A DNA stretch of 64,000 nt from Tubulanus polymorphus (GCF_964204645.1 NC_134032.1:806001-870000), one strand, 5' to 3'. Positions 12,749-26,140 are shown, counted from the stretch's first letter. The notes: generated by a model from the sequence alone, not told the origin. A program made the numbers and translations.

Positions 12749-14111
12749 TGGTAACCACTCGGGTGAGGAAATATGATGCCGAATATGTCCTGTTTCGGGG
12801 ATTCAACCAGACAAATCCCTTAGGATTTTTTTTCTAATTCGCCGACAGTCCTGAAGCTTTATACTGTAAATCTTCTTTTGCGATAACAATTTGTAACTTG
12901 CAACAATGTCGAAAAAAAGTGAAACGAAATGAAACCCGTTAGAAAATTCGGTTCATGTCGGTTTTATGAGTTTTTTTCGGTCACTTTCGGAACTTCGTAT
13001 GTGTAAGATTCCTTTCTCTTCGCCTAGCGAAATAAAAATGTTGTTATAAACCAGGAACCAATTCCATCACAGCTAAAGAGGTTAGAAATCAGTTAAAAAA
13101 AATTGAAAACTTTTGTAGCGCGGTTCTTTGTTATACAGTTTATTCACTGTATCTTTGTTTATATGTGATACGCCATTTCACCGGAGTGTTATACATAAAT
13201 GTAACCTCAACTGCTGACAAAAGAAAACCTGTACACATAATTTTTCGCGTAATAGCTGATCCAATGCGAACGAGCTGGGGGATTGCATCGCGAAAATTGA
13301 GAGATATCGTTAGAGCCCCCGAGGAACGCCTCGAACTTATACAGATCTGTTACTAGTTCAAAGGCGGTGTTGACGGATGACTGGCTGACCGTAGAGCGGT
13401 TGCGCATCTGATCATGGTTACTGTGTTCGACCCGGAGCAGCCAACCGAGTTTAATTATCTGTTCGTTCGGCTGAAGCACCGGACGTTATGTAATAGATAA
13501 TCGCCTACAGTCGGTGTTCTGAAGAATGCCGCTCAGATTTGGGAGAATTTCGCATAAAACCACCCCCGCGTAATTACATAATATCTACTTTTCTTTGTTT
13601 TTAGCCTGTGATCGTTGTAAGAATATGATGAATGATCGATTTAAGAAAACTGTTTTGAAAGTTCTAATCTTAAACTTTAGTACACCAGCCTGTGGCAATT
13701 CTGAATTGTCAGTGGAATTGATAACTAGGATCTGAATTATCTGATAATTTCAGGCTTGAGACAAACTGGATTTTGGGATTCCAAAATGGAAATGGAAGTT
13801 TTATGCTTGCATGATGATTCATTCTTTGACCAGGAGGCATGTGACCGCTACCAGGTGAGTAGGCCTCGGGATGCGTAGGGCAGGACCCCCTTAAATAGCA
13901 TTTGGACCCCAATGAAAGCCGCCGTGGGTTCTACAAATAAGAAATGTGACGAAAAACTTTTATGACTGAAATCCCAAGGTTCCTGGCACAAATAAAGGAT
14001 TCCCTGGAACTTTTTGCTAGAATAAGAGACACGTGATGGGGGGATTCCCTTCGATATTCGGTTGGGATGTACAGGCATACCTGTACTGGGATACCCCGCT
14101 TACTAGACTTA

Positions 14112-14316
14112 TTAGACTCAATTCTATGAGACATTTTCAAAACTAAGAGAGTAGTGACGTTTAGACTCAATTCTATGAGACATTTTCAAAACTAAGAGAG
14201 TAGTGACGTTAAGACTCAATTCTATGAGACATTTTCAGAAACGAGAGTAGTGACGTTAAGACTCAATTCTATGAGACATTTTCAAAACTAAGAGAGTAGT
14301 GACGTTAAGACTCAAT
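14112..14316. repeat. 49-bp minisatellite, left part (split by transposon insertion)
   Basis: Unit GACTCAATTCTATGAGACATTTTCAAAACTAAGAGAGTAGTGACGTTTA, ~4 copies. Confidence 0.95.
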
Positions 14317-14460
14317 GGGGCTCGCCGCGCTGAGCGCTGCCGCGAGATGGCGCGCGCGTGTTAGTGGCCCTAGTGATTTGAATTTGAATTGTAAACAACA
14401 TTTTATTCATCTCCGCGTTCGAGCGAATTGACGATTTGAAAAGCGCTTGAATCTATTATA

Positions 14461-16163
14461 ATGCCTCGCTATTGTTGTGTACCCCTTTGTAAGTCAAGAG
14501 TAGGCGGATTTAAGTTCCCTACGAACACAGATTTGAAAATGAAATGGCTTGTTGCGATAAAACGACTACAGAGTAGCGAGAAATCTGCAAAATTATGGCA
14601 GCCATCGGATACAGCTATCGTATGCCATCGACATTTTTTACCAACGGACTATAAACAGACACTTACCGGTAAATATGGCTTTCCTATTGAGTTTTCCAAC
14701 TAAGGTGAAATAAGCGGTCAAGATCCAAGGCAGGCTGATTCGTTTAGGCCTCAGCTTGGGCCTATCGATATTATGCAATGTCGATGTTTTGAACTTTTTT
14801 TAAAAAGCCAGGCGCTTATTTTCATATCATCATAGTAGTTTGTTGATAACAGGATAATGATATAACTCAATTATGATAATAACAACAATAGGCCTAATAA
14901 TTTATGTGGTAGATTTATCTTTTTAATTTAAAGGTTGTTGACTTGACTGGCAGCTGTTGATCTTTGAGTAGAAATATGTTTTTTTCTTTATGTGTTTCAG
15001 GTTCTAGAAGAAAATTAAAAGAGAATGCCATTCCGCGTATATTTGCCTTCACACCACCAGTTTCCTCAGATTCAGAGAGAGAAAGTAGAGCCAGTCGGCG
15101 AAGATTAAAACTGGAGGAAGAACCTGTACACCATGACATAGCCACTGAAGTTGAAATAGGCCTACAACATACCAGCAATTACAGAATGGACATAATAGAG
15201 GAACCAACCAATAAAAACACTAACTTGGATAAGAATATTCAGTGTTCCCTCCTTTCAGATCAATTTTTCTGTATCGAGAGATTTATGGTGGATCCTAGGT
15301 CGATCAAATATTACACCAGTTTTAAAGACTATGAACATTTGATGATGTTTTTCAGTGTACTAGGACCTGCTGCGTACGATTTGAATTACAAATGTCAGAA
15401 ACTAACACCGGTCAATCAATTTTTCTTGACATTAATCAAATTAAGGCGTGCCAAGGAAGATATAGAACTGAGTATTCTGTTCGGCATATCAGAGAGTGTA
15501 GTTTCTAGGATTGTGTTAACCTGGGTAAACTTCATGTATTTCCAATTAAGTGAAATCAATACATGGCCAGAGAGAGAAGAGATAGACTGTTTCATGCCCA
15601 GTGGCTTTAAGCATCATTTTCCGTCAACCAGAGTTATTTTAGATGCTACAGAGATTCCAATTGAAAAGCCGTCGAATGTAAAATCTCAAACTGCAACTTT
15701 CAGCACATACAAACATAAGAACACGCTTAAAACTATGGTTGGAATATCACCGAGAGGGGTCGTTAGTTATGTAAGTGAAAGTTATGCGGGTTCAACAAGT
15801 GACCGACAAATCATTGAACGATCCCAGCTGTGTTCAAACACCTCAAAATACTTCAGCTCGAATGACAGCATCATGGCCGATAGAGGTATAATGGTACAAG
15901 ATCTTTTTGCTACCAAGAACATTAAGGTGAACACCCCAACTTTATTGAAGGGCAAGAGTCAACTTGAACCTGAACAAGTAGTTCATGATCGTAGAGTAGC
16001 CAGTAAACGCATCCAAGTAGAAAGAGTAATCGGATTGTCAAAAACTTTTCTTATTTTGAAAAAAGACCTGCCGCTTAGTAAAGTCAATATGGGTTCTAGG
16101 ATAGTTTATGTTTGTTTCAGTATAAGCAATTTCAGACCAGCTATTGTGAACGAATTTGCTTAA
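14461..16163 (+). CDS. THAP + HTH + DDE_Tnp_4 (Harbinger/ISL2-like) transposase, ~456 aa, 2 exons
   Basis: Exon 14461-14668 (MPRYCCVPLC...FP...W...VCHRHF, THAP C2CH) with phase-1 GTAAAT donor. Acceptor TTTCAG at 15000. Exon 15001-16163 completes THAP (LKENAIPRIF) and has catalytic motifs ILDATE, MADRG and RIQVERVIG. No stops or frameshifts. Confidence 0.93.
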
Positions 16164-16956
16164 CCTTATTGTTAATGTCTGTTAATTGATATCTAAAGTA
16201 TATATTTTTGAGTTTTGTTTTGAGATTCATCGAAACCCCTGCTTTAAAGAAACATCATTGTTTCTCTTAATAGATTATTTAGGTAAATCCCAAATTCTTA
16301 GATATCAATTATGGGCCTGGACTGTAATTAATTGTCTGTCGTTGATATTCAAAATCTGTGCGCAATATAACCTATTTCACTTTGACTTAATCCACTCTTT
16401 TGCAGTGTTTTCAATTCAAAGGACAAACTAATTTTCATTCCAGTAACAAACCCTTTTATTGATTTAAAACTGGTAAAAACCAAAAATACAACAACGCTAC
16501 ATAAAATCTTTTTAAAATGCATGATAACACAGATATTTTATGTAAAATGGAAGAGTTTGAGTTTTGGGACTAAAGCATTCATGCCATAGTCAGGCGCAGC
16601 ACATAATGAAATAATAAATAATCATGGTAATGAAATATGGTCAGAAAAGGAGTAAATCATTAATTTTCAAACTTTTGACCCACCATCGTCAGTAATTATG
16701 CATATAACTACACAACCTGACAAGTATATCTGTTTGAAATAACTATATATGATAAAAAATATTGATAATAGATGATAAAAAATATTAAAACTTAAAAGTA
16801 TCAACAAATAGTAAGCCGATATTGACATGAAATCTATATCATACAATTGGGATGTACATGTATTTACAAATTTAGTTGTATGAAGATATTAATGCCAAAA
16901 ACTATGGAATCTTCGGAAAATATCCGATCTATATCTCCAGGAATAATCTAGATGTT

Positions 16957-19754
16957 TTAGAACGCATGCATTGTTAAATACTTTGAATAGTACTTCCTAT
17001 AAAAGATTTCTAATTTTGGAAGCAGAGATAGTTCACAGTGTTTTTGATCATGATAAACCCTCTCTACATAAAGGTCCTTATGAGTATAAACAACGAAATA
17101 GCACATTTTCCGTTTGCAAATATGCAACTGTCCTTGAATCTGATCATAGTAATTATGCGAACGTTTCAGCTTCTTATCTTTTGCACTAAGAAACTTGAAG
17201 TATGGCCCCGGAGCAATAAGTTCATTTCTACCGCGATACGGACATTTCACTTCAACAATGGCATCCTCAGACACAAGGCCATCTGGGCTCGCGCCTAGAT
17301 AATCTATATCTGGCCTCACATGAAGTCCGCAAGGCTGTACTTTAACGGAGAATTTACCTTCAAAAGCCGCTATCGCCTTACTTTCGAATGTCTTTCCATG
17401 GCAAACAGCAGCATTTCTCAACGGAATATTATCGTGAAGAGATTTACACAATTTGTCGATATTGCGCCTTTTCGTGAGCGAAACAATTTCACCGAAACGA
17501 GATGCAGTTAATCGTAGCTGCCTTTCCTGAAACCATTGACTAGATTCTGCCTGCTTCCTAGTACTCCTTTCTAGTAATATTGCCTGTGTTTCATTTAACT
17601 GAAAAGGCAAAATGGAATATTAATTATAAGCACAGAGGGAAGGATAACATAGGTCACTCTCAGACACGTTGATTAAAAACTTACCTTAATAGAGTTTTCC
17701 ACCCAATATTCAAGCAAAGTTTTTTTCAGATAATCATGGTCAATTGCTGCTGTTTTGATATCGGCTTTCTTGTACTTATACTTGATGGGTAGGTCTAAAG
17801 ACGATACAGAGCAGTAATTAAGGACAATTCCCCGGACATAATCCTCGTATCCAGCTGATTTCCGGTATTTCACAGGCCTTGGATCCTCCATTGATACCTC
17901 GCGTTTCTTTGATTTTGATAGAGGTAAGTCACCAGCCTTGACAGGGGAACCTGTTAAGAAGTGACGGGTAAATTTAAACAAGGTCACAGCCGAGCTAAAA
18001 ATTGAAAACCAAGTACATTATGTAAAACATTGCCATTACATCAGAATTTATAAAAAATAAGATATATAGGGTACGAATTTGCTGAATGGTGGCGATGTAA
18101 CCAAACAACTTACCAGTATAAACAGACTTGGGCTTATGGAATGTTTGTAGATTTTCCGTACACGATTTAAGTATTTCGGGAGCGTTAGGCCCATCTGATG
18201 ACACAAAATTAGCAAACATCAAAAGTACAGCCGCGACATGCTTACAGGTCCCATTAGGACCCTTACCGGCAGGGCACTCACAATGGCTGTTTCTGAATTC
18301 ACCAGTTGTTTGAGACAATGATATCTGGTACGAGTATGAGATCTGCAATGAAATATAAAAATAAACTAATCAACAATGTTTGCTACATTACAACCTTTTA
18401 AGAATACAGTTGTATTGCAGATTTATGTGGATTTAAAGGAGGGAATATTGTGTTATTTTGATGAAATATAAAACTGGCCTACCTTTTTTTTCATAGCAGC
18501 ACCAACTAATCCAGTCAGATAAACAATTCCGCTTTTGATGAGAATACTGCAGGCTTGAACACGTTGCGATTCTATGAGCTGCTGACCCTTCTCAATAGCT
18601 TTAATGTCTTTGGTACAGTGGTTGTCCATTGCCATTCTATACGTGAAATATGCAGTTACTGTGTCAATATTGAATTTTGGCAATACAATCTTATGATCAT
18701 TTGTAAGCTGTTTGAAACCGCATGTGGGCCATTCCGGAACTGTTTCTTGTGGTAATGTTATGGCCGGTCCCCTAAAATCGTTGTTACGGCCGTATGCTTC
18801 TAATCTGCAATGAACACGAAATAATCATGAAATATAAACATCTAATGTCAAAAATCATTCAATCAACTAACAGAAAGTTGACCCAGAGTTGAAATGTTAC
18901 ATCGAAATGATTACTCCAAGCATGGACGTCTATACGTCCATGGTCATACAGATTTGTATTTAACTCAACTGTGTTGTGGTAAGAAGGTATATAAGTAAGG
19001 TATTCAGTTTACCGTCACCTCAAGTTGATCAGGGTTCTGACTATAATTCCAATAACATATAAAAATTCAATAGAGACTAGACACAGCAGCAGACATGTCC
19101 AATGATTTATGGATACATTGGCAGTAAAATTTGGCATCAGCTTCAATTCATGTTCGATAGATGGCGCCAGTGGTAACTCAGCTGTTGCGATGGTTAGCTG
19201 ACAAGGCGTCCTACATCCCGATAATAATCCCTACATTTCAAGATATAAACATTGCCATCTAAACTTCTCAAGGCAATCATAATATCAAATAGTGATTTAA
19301 AAAACGTTTTATCGATGACTTTTATGTGCATTATGTTTATTTTCCGGACATGAAAACCGAAAAATAATGAAAGATATCGCGGGACGGGACGCGTGGGACC
19401 GGCCATAGCCATCCTCGCAGCCCGGGCTGGTGACGGTAAACTTGTACTATACCCTGACCCACAACCCACTGAGGTTTAGCTTTCATCTCTGGATCTATTA
19501 AAACACGTTCATTTCACTTGAGCATAGGTCTAGAATCATCGATGATTTTGGCAAAAAATCACTGTTGATTCCATGATCATTGCAACATTTTTGCGCAGAC
19601 TAAACGACTGAACACCATCAACCGCATGGAAATATGATCGACATTTAAATTACCTTTCAATTAGGTTGATTTTCCTCCCATAGGTTACCGCACCTCGTCG
19701 GCTTAACTCTTGTTTCAGCTTCGGTACAGTCCATGACCCGTAATTCTCTGACAT
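16957..19754 (-). CDS. SAP + SWIM zinc finger + YqaJ/lambda-exonuclease-like nuclease, ~519 aa, 5 exons (ISL2EU second protein)
   Basis: Exons 19754-19654 (MSENYGSWTVPKLKQELSRRGAVTYGRKINLIER, SAP-like), 18804-18483, 18342-18114 (CECPAGKGPNGTCKHVAA, SWIM), 17950-17685 and 17598-16957 (WFQERQLRLTASRFG, LGASPDG, VEVKCP, YYDQIQGQL; YqaJ). All introns GT-AG with consistent phases 2,0,1,0. Confidence 0.9.
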
Positions 19755-19862
19755 TATTACAATTTAAAAGTAGGAAATCGAGCGCGGAAGTGAGCGGAAG
19801 TCGATACGCGATGGCTACTAACGCACACACGCCACCTGGTGTCCATAGCGACGGCGAGCCCC

Positions 19863-20032
19863 ATTCTATGAGACATTTTCAAAACTAAGAGAGTAGTGAC
19901 GTTTAGACTCAATTCTATGAGACATTTTCAGAAACTAAGAGAGTAGTGACGTTTAGACTCGACTTATGAGACATTTTCAGAAACTAAGAGAGTAGTGACG
20001 TTTAGACTCAATTCTATGAGAGATTTTCAAAA
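19863..20032. repeat. 49-bp minisatellite, right part
   Basis: Same unit as 14112-14316 continues after the transposon, ~3.5 copies. Confidence 0.95.
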
Positions 20033-20819
20033 CTTCAATTCCCTTAAGCTTATAGTTTTCTCGAAGTATATAATTCAATACAAGTTTACAAATTATACAA
20101 TTTATATATTTCAGCGTAACATCGCCTGGAGTATCCGGCGATGGCCGTTGGTATTGTTACCGTACGAGATCGGCTGTATAATGTACAGTGGTTTTTCCTA
20201 TATTACCGACCCAGGCGCCGCCGTGTCGGAGCTGCAACTGCACAGACGCCAGAATCGAATACAACAAAAGAGATTTCGCAAAAGTTTCTATATTAGCCAG
20301 GACGTTTCACAAGGAGATATTTTACAAACGGTTAATTTAGATACAAAGTGGATATGAACAGATCAAATAGATTGATAAACCTATATACACGTCAGATCGG
20401 CTGGTGCTGGTGCTGACGGTGCTGTGCGGTTGCGAGCCGCGCTCTGGAAACGAAATTCCGTCTGCGAAAAAAGTCGCCAACGCCGCCGAAATCGTTTCTA
20501 ACAAGACCGACCACAGACCCCCGCATGGTGGTAATCAGTCTCAAAGCGCGCGGGTTTATAATTGCCCGTCTAATGCGGTAAGTTTGTCGATAAATAAAGG
20601 AATTCACCGAGTCCGTTTTTTGACGATATAGTATTTTCTCAAAGAAAGATAAACTGAATTCATTATCAAGTTTCACAGAATAACCTTAGAATATCTGAGA
20701 AGAAATTGGTGGCGAATTCTGCAAGCATTCTCAAATTCAAAACAGCATTACAATATCATTATATATAATCAGTGATTGAGGGCAGACCACCAGGAGACCC
20801 CGCATAACCAATTGTCCCT

Positions 20820-21085
20820 ATGGCATAGCTTCAAGATGCGTGGGGGCAGGACTCAAAAAACAGTACCTAGAATGAAAAAGGGGTCCCCATAAATACTGCC
20901 ACAGTGTTCTGGCGAATTTCGGTTATACGTGTGAAATCCATTATTCCTGAGGGACAGATTTTTGAAATAAGGGATTCCCTGGACTTTTTGGCCTGGAATG
21001 AGGGTACCGAACACGTCAGGGATTCCCTTCGATATTCGGCTCGGATGTACCGGCGCACCTGTAATTGGGATACCCCTCCTTTCTA
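20820..21085 (+). repeat. Dispersed repeat, second copy of 13830-14100
   Basis: Both loci share GGATTCCCTGGA(A)CTTTTTG and GGGATTCCCTTCGATATTCGG..GGATGTAC..GGGATACCCC. Confidence 0.7.
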
Positions 21086-22009
21086 AAGGTTTGATTATTT
21101 CAAAAGTTAGGTCGGGTATGTGGGCGAAAACCACTTCAATGCGTAGCTAGCCTAGCAGCTACAAGCAGTAGGTTCCCCTAGATTTTAAACGGGCGAATTT
21201 TCCGGATATAGAAGATTCGGAATAATGGTCTGAGGGGTCGAAAAATTACACCAGCCATCGTTGCAATACGCGTAGTTTTGCTACTGCATTTTGACAGGCT
21301 GTTTTAACAGTTTTCGACGGGTATATTCGCGATATAACGGCTCGGTTGTTTTTAGTTGGTAAACAGTTTACAGGAAACTTCTTCAGCATCTCAACCGATC
21401 ACTCACTCGACGAATCATCGGTCTTTGTATCCGTTCGCAATCGAAACCGATTGAATTTCTCGAACGAACCTTTCCAATTCAAAGCCCTCTTTATGAACGT
21501 ACGGAAATGTCACAATTTCGAACGGCTGACTTCAGGGATGACCTCCTCGGGGCCGGATTCACGTTACAGCGTCTTAGAAAAATCTTTAACGAAAAATGAA
21601 AGTAGAATGCTTTCTGAATTTAGAGTCAGTTCTTTTGTGGTATCCTCTGAGACTAAAATGACCCCTTTTCGGTAAACATTCGACCAAATTCGTGTGCCTT
21701 CGGTTGACTGAGAACAGTTTTCGACACCAGTTCCTATATATTCGGAAGGTCATTTAGTTTTGAGAGTCTTAGCGAAATTACGTAAGGTATCCTCGAATGC
21801 GTGTATACATGTTCTGAAACGAAGACCAGTATTAACGTTAATCCAAGAGGACTGGTTTTATAGAGACTGGCATTGACTTTAACCCGGGGCTAACCAATCA
21901 TTCTTCGGGTGGAACTTAATACCAGTCTATGAACCTGTCCCGGGGGTTAATTTCTCGAATGACTGAGTGGAGTTCATCACCAGGTTAAAGTCCAGGATAC
22001 ATTCATTGA

Positions 22010-22330
22010 GCTCTGGATCTTGAGTTCAGAGTTAGCTCCAAACTCACAACTGTGGAACTGGATCCTGAATTCAGAGTTAACTCTAAGTCACAACTGTGGA
22101 ACTGGATCCTGAACTATAAGGATCCAGTTCCACAGTTGTAAGTTAGAGTTAACTGTGAACTCAGGATCCAGTTCCACAATTGTGAGTTAGAGTTAACTCT
22201 GGGTTAAGTAAAGTTAGTTCATTTTCAATGAGCTAACTCAGAGTTAAATCTTAACTCGGACCTGTGGAACTGGACCCAGAGCTTTAACTTGGAATTATCT
22301 CTAAATCGTCACCGAGGAACTGTATCTAGA
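22010..22330. mobile_element. Cluster of short palindromic Harbinger-like MITE copies (GGATCCAGTTCCACAGTT family)
   Basis: Repeated AACTGTGGAACTGGATCC / GGATCCAGTTCCACAGTT in both orientations. Same family at 28236, 29580 and 63774. Confidence 0.7.
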
Positions 22331-24304
22331 AGTTAAAATTTTAAATTGATGAAATTGTATTCGGTCGGTTAAAGTTCCTCTATAATTCCTTTTTGAACAT
22401 CATTTCAATATCCCATCCCTATCGAATCAGTGAACTACAAACGCGTATACAGGACCTATTACGTTTTTTTTTTATCTAAACTTTATTTATGTAAACAAAC
22501 ATCCGAGCAGTTTCTTGAATTACTGCATGAACCAAATACTGTTCACCGAATGCTGCCGCGCGCCTCAGGCCTGGTTGGCGAATGGATCGATGCGGTCTAT
22601 AGCCGGAGCTGGGATCATTTATACCCGTTCAAAAACAGCATAACTAAACTCTTGTAACCGGAGTCGATGTTCGCGAAACCTTCCGGCAATTAGAAAACCG
22701 ACATTTGGATGTTATTTGCTCCATTTGGTCCGAATAAACCGGTTCGCGCCGAGCAGTTGTGCAAGCTATCAGTGTTCCGAAGTCATAAAACTGATAGTCA
22801 TTTTTAGGACCAAACTGTCGTTTTTGTAACTGTTTTTGTTTGAAATTTTCTTAAACTAAACGCGATCACTGAAAGCTATTTCGATGTTTTCAGGAATTGG
22901 TGTGTATAGCCAGGATTTCCTAAAGGGTTTGGATTCATTTTTGATATCCGCAGACAATTGAGAAAAAACTGAGACAAGTTGATGAACTTGCTCTAATATT
23001 CTAAGAATATTTTTAGGGTACCGGTCCCCTGTCTATCTTCCCATTCAGGTGGCCCTTTTCGCCAAGACAGAAATCATTAAAACCTATTAATTAGACACTA
23101 ATCAAGTTTCGGAAATCACTGCTCAGGTTGGATTTCTTTAAAAATATCTAACCCTAGATGGAGGGACTCCGCTGGGGATTTGACTCTGCTTTATCTAAGA
23201 AATGCCTTTGCTTTTCTTCTGGACCTGGCTTCCAATTTTCTTTGAACCGCCCTTGCAACTTATTGTCAGGCTTTTCCTGAGATAAAAAAATATATTACGA
23301 TTTATATAATTCATAGACTGGCATTAATTTAAAAAAAAACCCGGGTGTTTAAACTCTATTGAAAATGAAATTGAAAATTAGCCCCCAGGTTAAAGTTAAT
23401 GCCAGTCTATAAAACCTGATTTCGTACTTTTCAAATAGGTTTGGTATTGATTATAAGAAGCGCCTGTGTATAATAGCTATAGGCTCATGGCTCATAGCGC
23501 GCGTGTTACTGTTCCCTATAGTTATTTATACGTGCAACGTGCGATCGTTAGTTTTAGTATACGTAGTCCATGTGTTTCCGGGTAACCCGGCGATGAGTGA
23601 CGTTCGCTTTTCCGCGTGGTTCAATTACGCTCCGCCGTTGCTCGGCAAAGACAACAATTTTGCTTAGTAATCACGTCAGTCGTTTCGGCAGGTGTAACGC
23701 GTTGACAAATGTCCAAATGTTTAAACGAAATAGCAATAAAGCCTTAAAGCCGTAAGCTCATTCTCGGCTCGCAAATTCGTTCACATCTTTTTCGAGTTAT
23801 AGTCCATTTTGTAGAACACATATTTCGCATCGAGGAAAATTGGAAGGTCGGGTAAAGAAATTGCCAAGCATCCACGGTTTGTGCCATTTTCCGCTAAGAG
23901 GATGAGTGTCATATTTGCCGCGGGTTCTAAAGATATTTATCTCGATGAAAATAGGTAATCTCAGTTAGTAGGTACGCGCCCAGACACGCAAAATTCCCCT
24001 GCGTTGATGGGGCGGGGGGAGGGGTATCCATTACATGTCATTTCTCATCCGAAGGTTTCAAAATCTTAGCTGGTTTTAACGATATATGTCTTGACCAAAA
24101 AACGGCAAGCAACCTCTGAAAAGGCAGTCGGGGCCTATACAAAACCTGCACATAGATATGTCAGGTAATCGGCGTCTAAAATTTGTTTTCACGCCAAAGC
24201 GGCTGGATCCAGTTCCACAGTTACCAGTAAGAGTTTAAAAGAATTTTCTATGTTTTAACTCTAGTCAAAATTTGAACTCAGAGAACTTTGGAACAACGAT
24301 ACTG

Positions 24305-24356
24305 GTTGGCGCACTTTGCACGTACGAGACCCGGGTTCGAACCCCGGCGAGTGCGC
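24305..24356 (+). mobile_element. tRNA-derived SINE/pseudogene fragment
   Basis: TTTGCACGT anticodon-loop-like stretch and CCGGGTTCGAACCCCGG T-arm/B-box; 5' half and acceptor stem not recoverable. Confidence 0.4.
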
Positions 24357-25699
24357 GTTATTTTCCACTTTTCCACCTTATCGAATCAGCATCGAAAGGA
24401 CCAAGGTGATTATAATTCGCACCGGAAAAAACCGTCGGGCCACAGATTTTTATTTCTCTATCACACATAAAAATAGACGTGATTTTTGCACATGGCGCCG
24501 CGCTGTAAGAGATAAGCGATGCGCGTCATAGAGCGATAATGTTCTCCGTTATCGCGCCCTCACAAAGACAGGTGGATCATCAAAAATATATAACTATTCC
24601 TTATCAAACTGTTATCAATATAAATCGTTCGTATCGTAAATTCGTGTGCTCGGCAGTACGCCTGCTGCCTGCTGCCTGTAAAAAAAAATACCAAAGCATG
24701 CGGTGCGTGTTTCGCTGACAATGGCACGCTGATTTTTAGACGCATTACGTTTAGTACAAAAGATTCTGTCAGCCGACAAAATTAACCTCAAGCCTAGGTT
24801 GATCCTGACCCTAGCTCGTGCCTCTATCCCTTGCCCAGCTCAGGCTGACACTCTGATCTTAGCCGGACTCGAACTCGCCAGCCCTAGCGTACCAGCCGAG
24901 CGTGGTATCCACTAGACCATAGCCCGGTAGTGATTGACTGGGTTAGTAAGTTTGTCTGGTCAGGTGTGGTGCCTGGTGACCAGCCAGGCATGGTGTCTGG
25001 TGACCAGTTAGGCGGTGTTTGGTGACCAGTCAGGCGGTGTCTGGTGATCAGTCAGGTATGGTGTCGGCCAGTGACCAGTCAGGTTTGGTCGCTCCATTCA
25101 CTAATCACCCACACTATAGACCTAGTTAGATCGGTTATGGAACCAAAATGGGCTTCTTTTGGAGAAAATAGTAATCCGCTTAAAAACAAAAAGGAAAAGT
25201 TGGACTCATCGGTCTTTTACGCTTAAAACAGTTATTTCTCCCGTCCTTGAAAACCCACCATAGTCACGCACCTGCCGGGATCGAATCAGCGGGTTTGATT
25301 TTGAAATCGGAAATCGAAGTACAGAATCTTGTGTTTATTAAATCGAAGTACATAATTGGAAATGGAAAGCTAAAAAAATGAAGAGGGACCAACGATCTAT
25401 AAATATTCAGATTGAAATATGATTTATATTATGGGAAAAAAGAAACATCAAATCTGCGTGGCCAGGTGGAGGGGAAATGAAAATTTCGGAAAAAGTGCTC
25501 TTTCTGCAAATTTTATTCTTGTATATTATAGAACTGCCCTTTTTGGGTCCCCCTCCCAAAAAAGAAAAATCCAAATGCTATTTACAGCCCTGAACTAATG
25601 TTTTTGAATTTTTGGATATGCAGATCGCTTGCAGCAACTTTTAGAAACAATAAGTTTACGCCGGCTAAACAGAGCATAGTGAAAGCATCAGCGAGCTGT

Positions 25700-26140
25700 C
25701 AATCACGTTCGGCTTATCAAACCGGTGGGCTGGCACTAGCTGCTGGCTGGCGGCTCTACGAGCGATCAGGATCTCCGATAAGCCAATACGCGCATGTTCG
25801 ATACGCCTGTGTACGCTGTTCAGCTGATAATCGCTATAACTTTCTATCAGCGATGTTGAGATGAACGCCGGCAGTCTATATCTCTCGTAAGATCCTGAAA
25901 TTTTTGTCATCAAGTATTCATAAGCGGTCTTTTTCTCTTTCGAGAACACGGAGCGCGCGCAAGGTGATAATATTTTGTCGAATCGGTGATCGAGATAGGA
26001 TCCGTCGAAAAACAGGTAAGCCATAGGCGTAGTCGATACTCTGGTGGTATTATTAATACTTTGTCAAACTTATAAAGACTTATCTTAAAGACTTATCTTC
26101 ATGACGCGGGAACGCGTGCGGGCCTCTTGTCAGGATAAGA
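25700..26140 (+). promoter_or_regulatory. Putative promoter / non-coding first exon of GATA gene 1, with clustered GATA sites
   Basis: CpG-rich; CCAAT at ~25783; strong donor CAG|GTAAG after 26015; 7 WGATAR sites in ~385 bp. The first coding exon starts with an acceptor at 28590, so an upstream exon is required. Confidence 0.5.

Larger units (their letters stand above)
14317..19862. mobile_element. Full-length ISL2EU-type DNA transposon (PIF/Harbinger/ISL2EU group), 5546 bp
   Basis: Perfect 11-bp TIR GGGGCTCGCCG...CGGCGAGCCCC. AT duplication at 14315-16 and 19863-64; removing the element restores the minisatellite unit CTCA-AT-TCTATGAG. Encodes a THAP-DDE transposase and a convergent YqaJ nuclease, the gene pair characteristic of ISL2EU. 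Confidence 0.92.

Noticed and set aside
19381-19475. HDV-like ribozyme resemblance (GGACCGGCC...TCCTCGC...GGGCTGG)
   Set aside because: No P3 pairing around the loop and no P2 partner could be built
14112-20032. Regular repeats next to nuclease genes resembling a CRISPR-cas layout
   Set aside because: Repeats are head-to-tail with no unique spacers, the genes are spliced eukaryotic transposon genes, and the repeat is merely the insertion target
19995-20676. ORFs of 75-120 aa in a CpG-rich stretch with an acceptor at ~20114
   Set aside because: No recognisable protein and no consistent exon chain; may be non-coding or regulatory
21346-21675. 109-aa ORF with a second partly open frame
   Set aside because: Non-ATG start, no motif, no supported splice partners
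24305-24356. Functional tRNA-Ala gene
   Set aside because: Only anticodon-like and T arms are present; no D arm or acceptor stem
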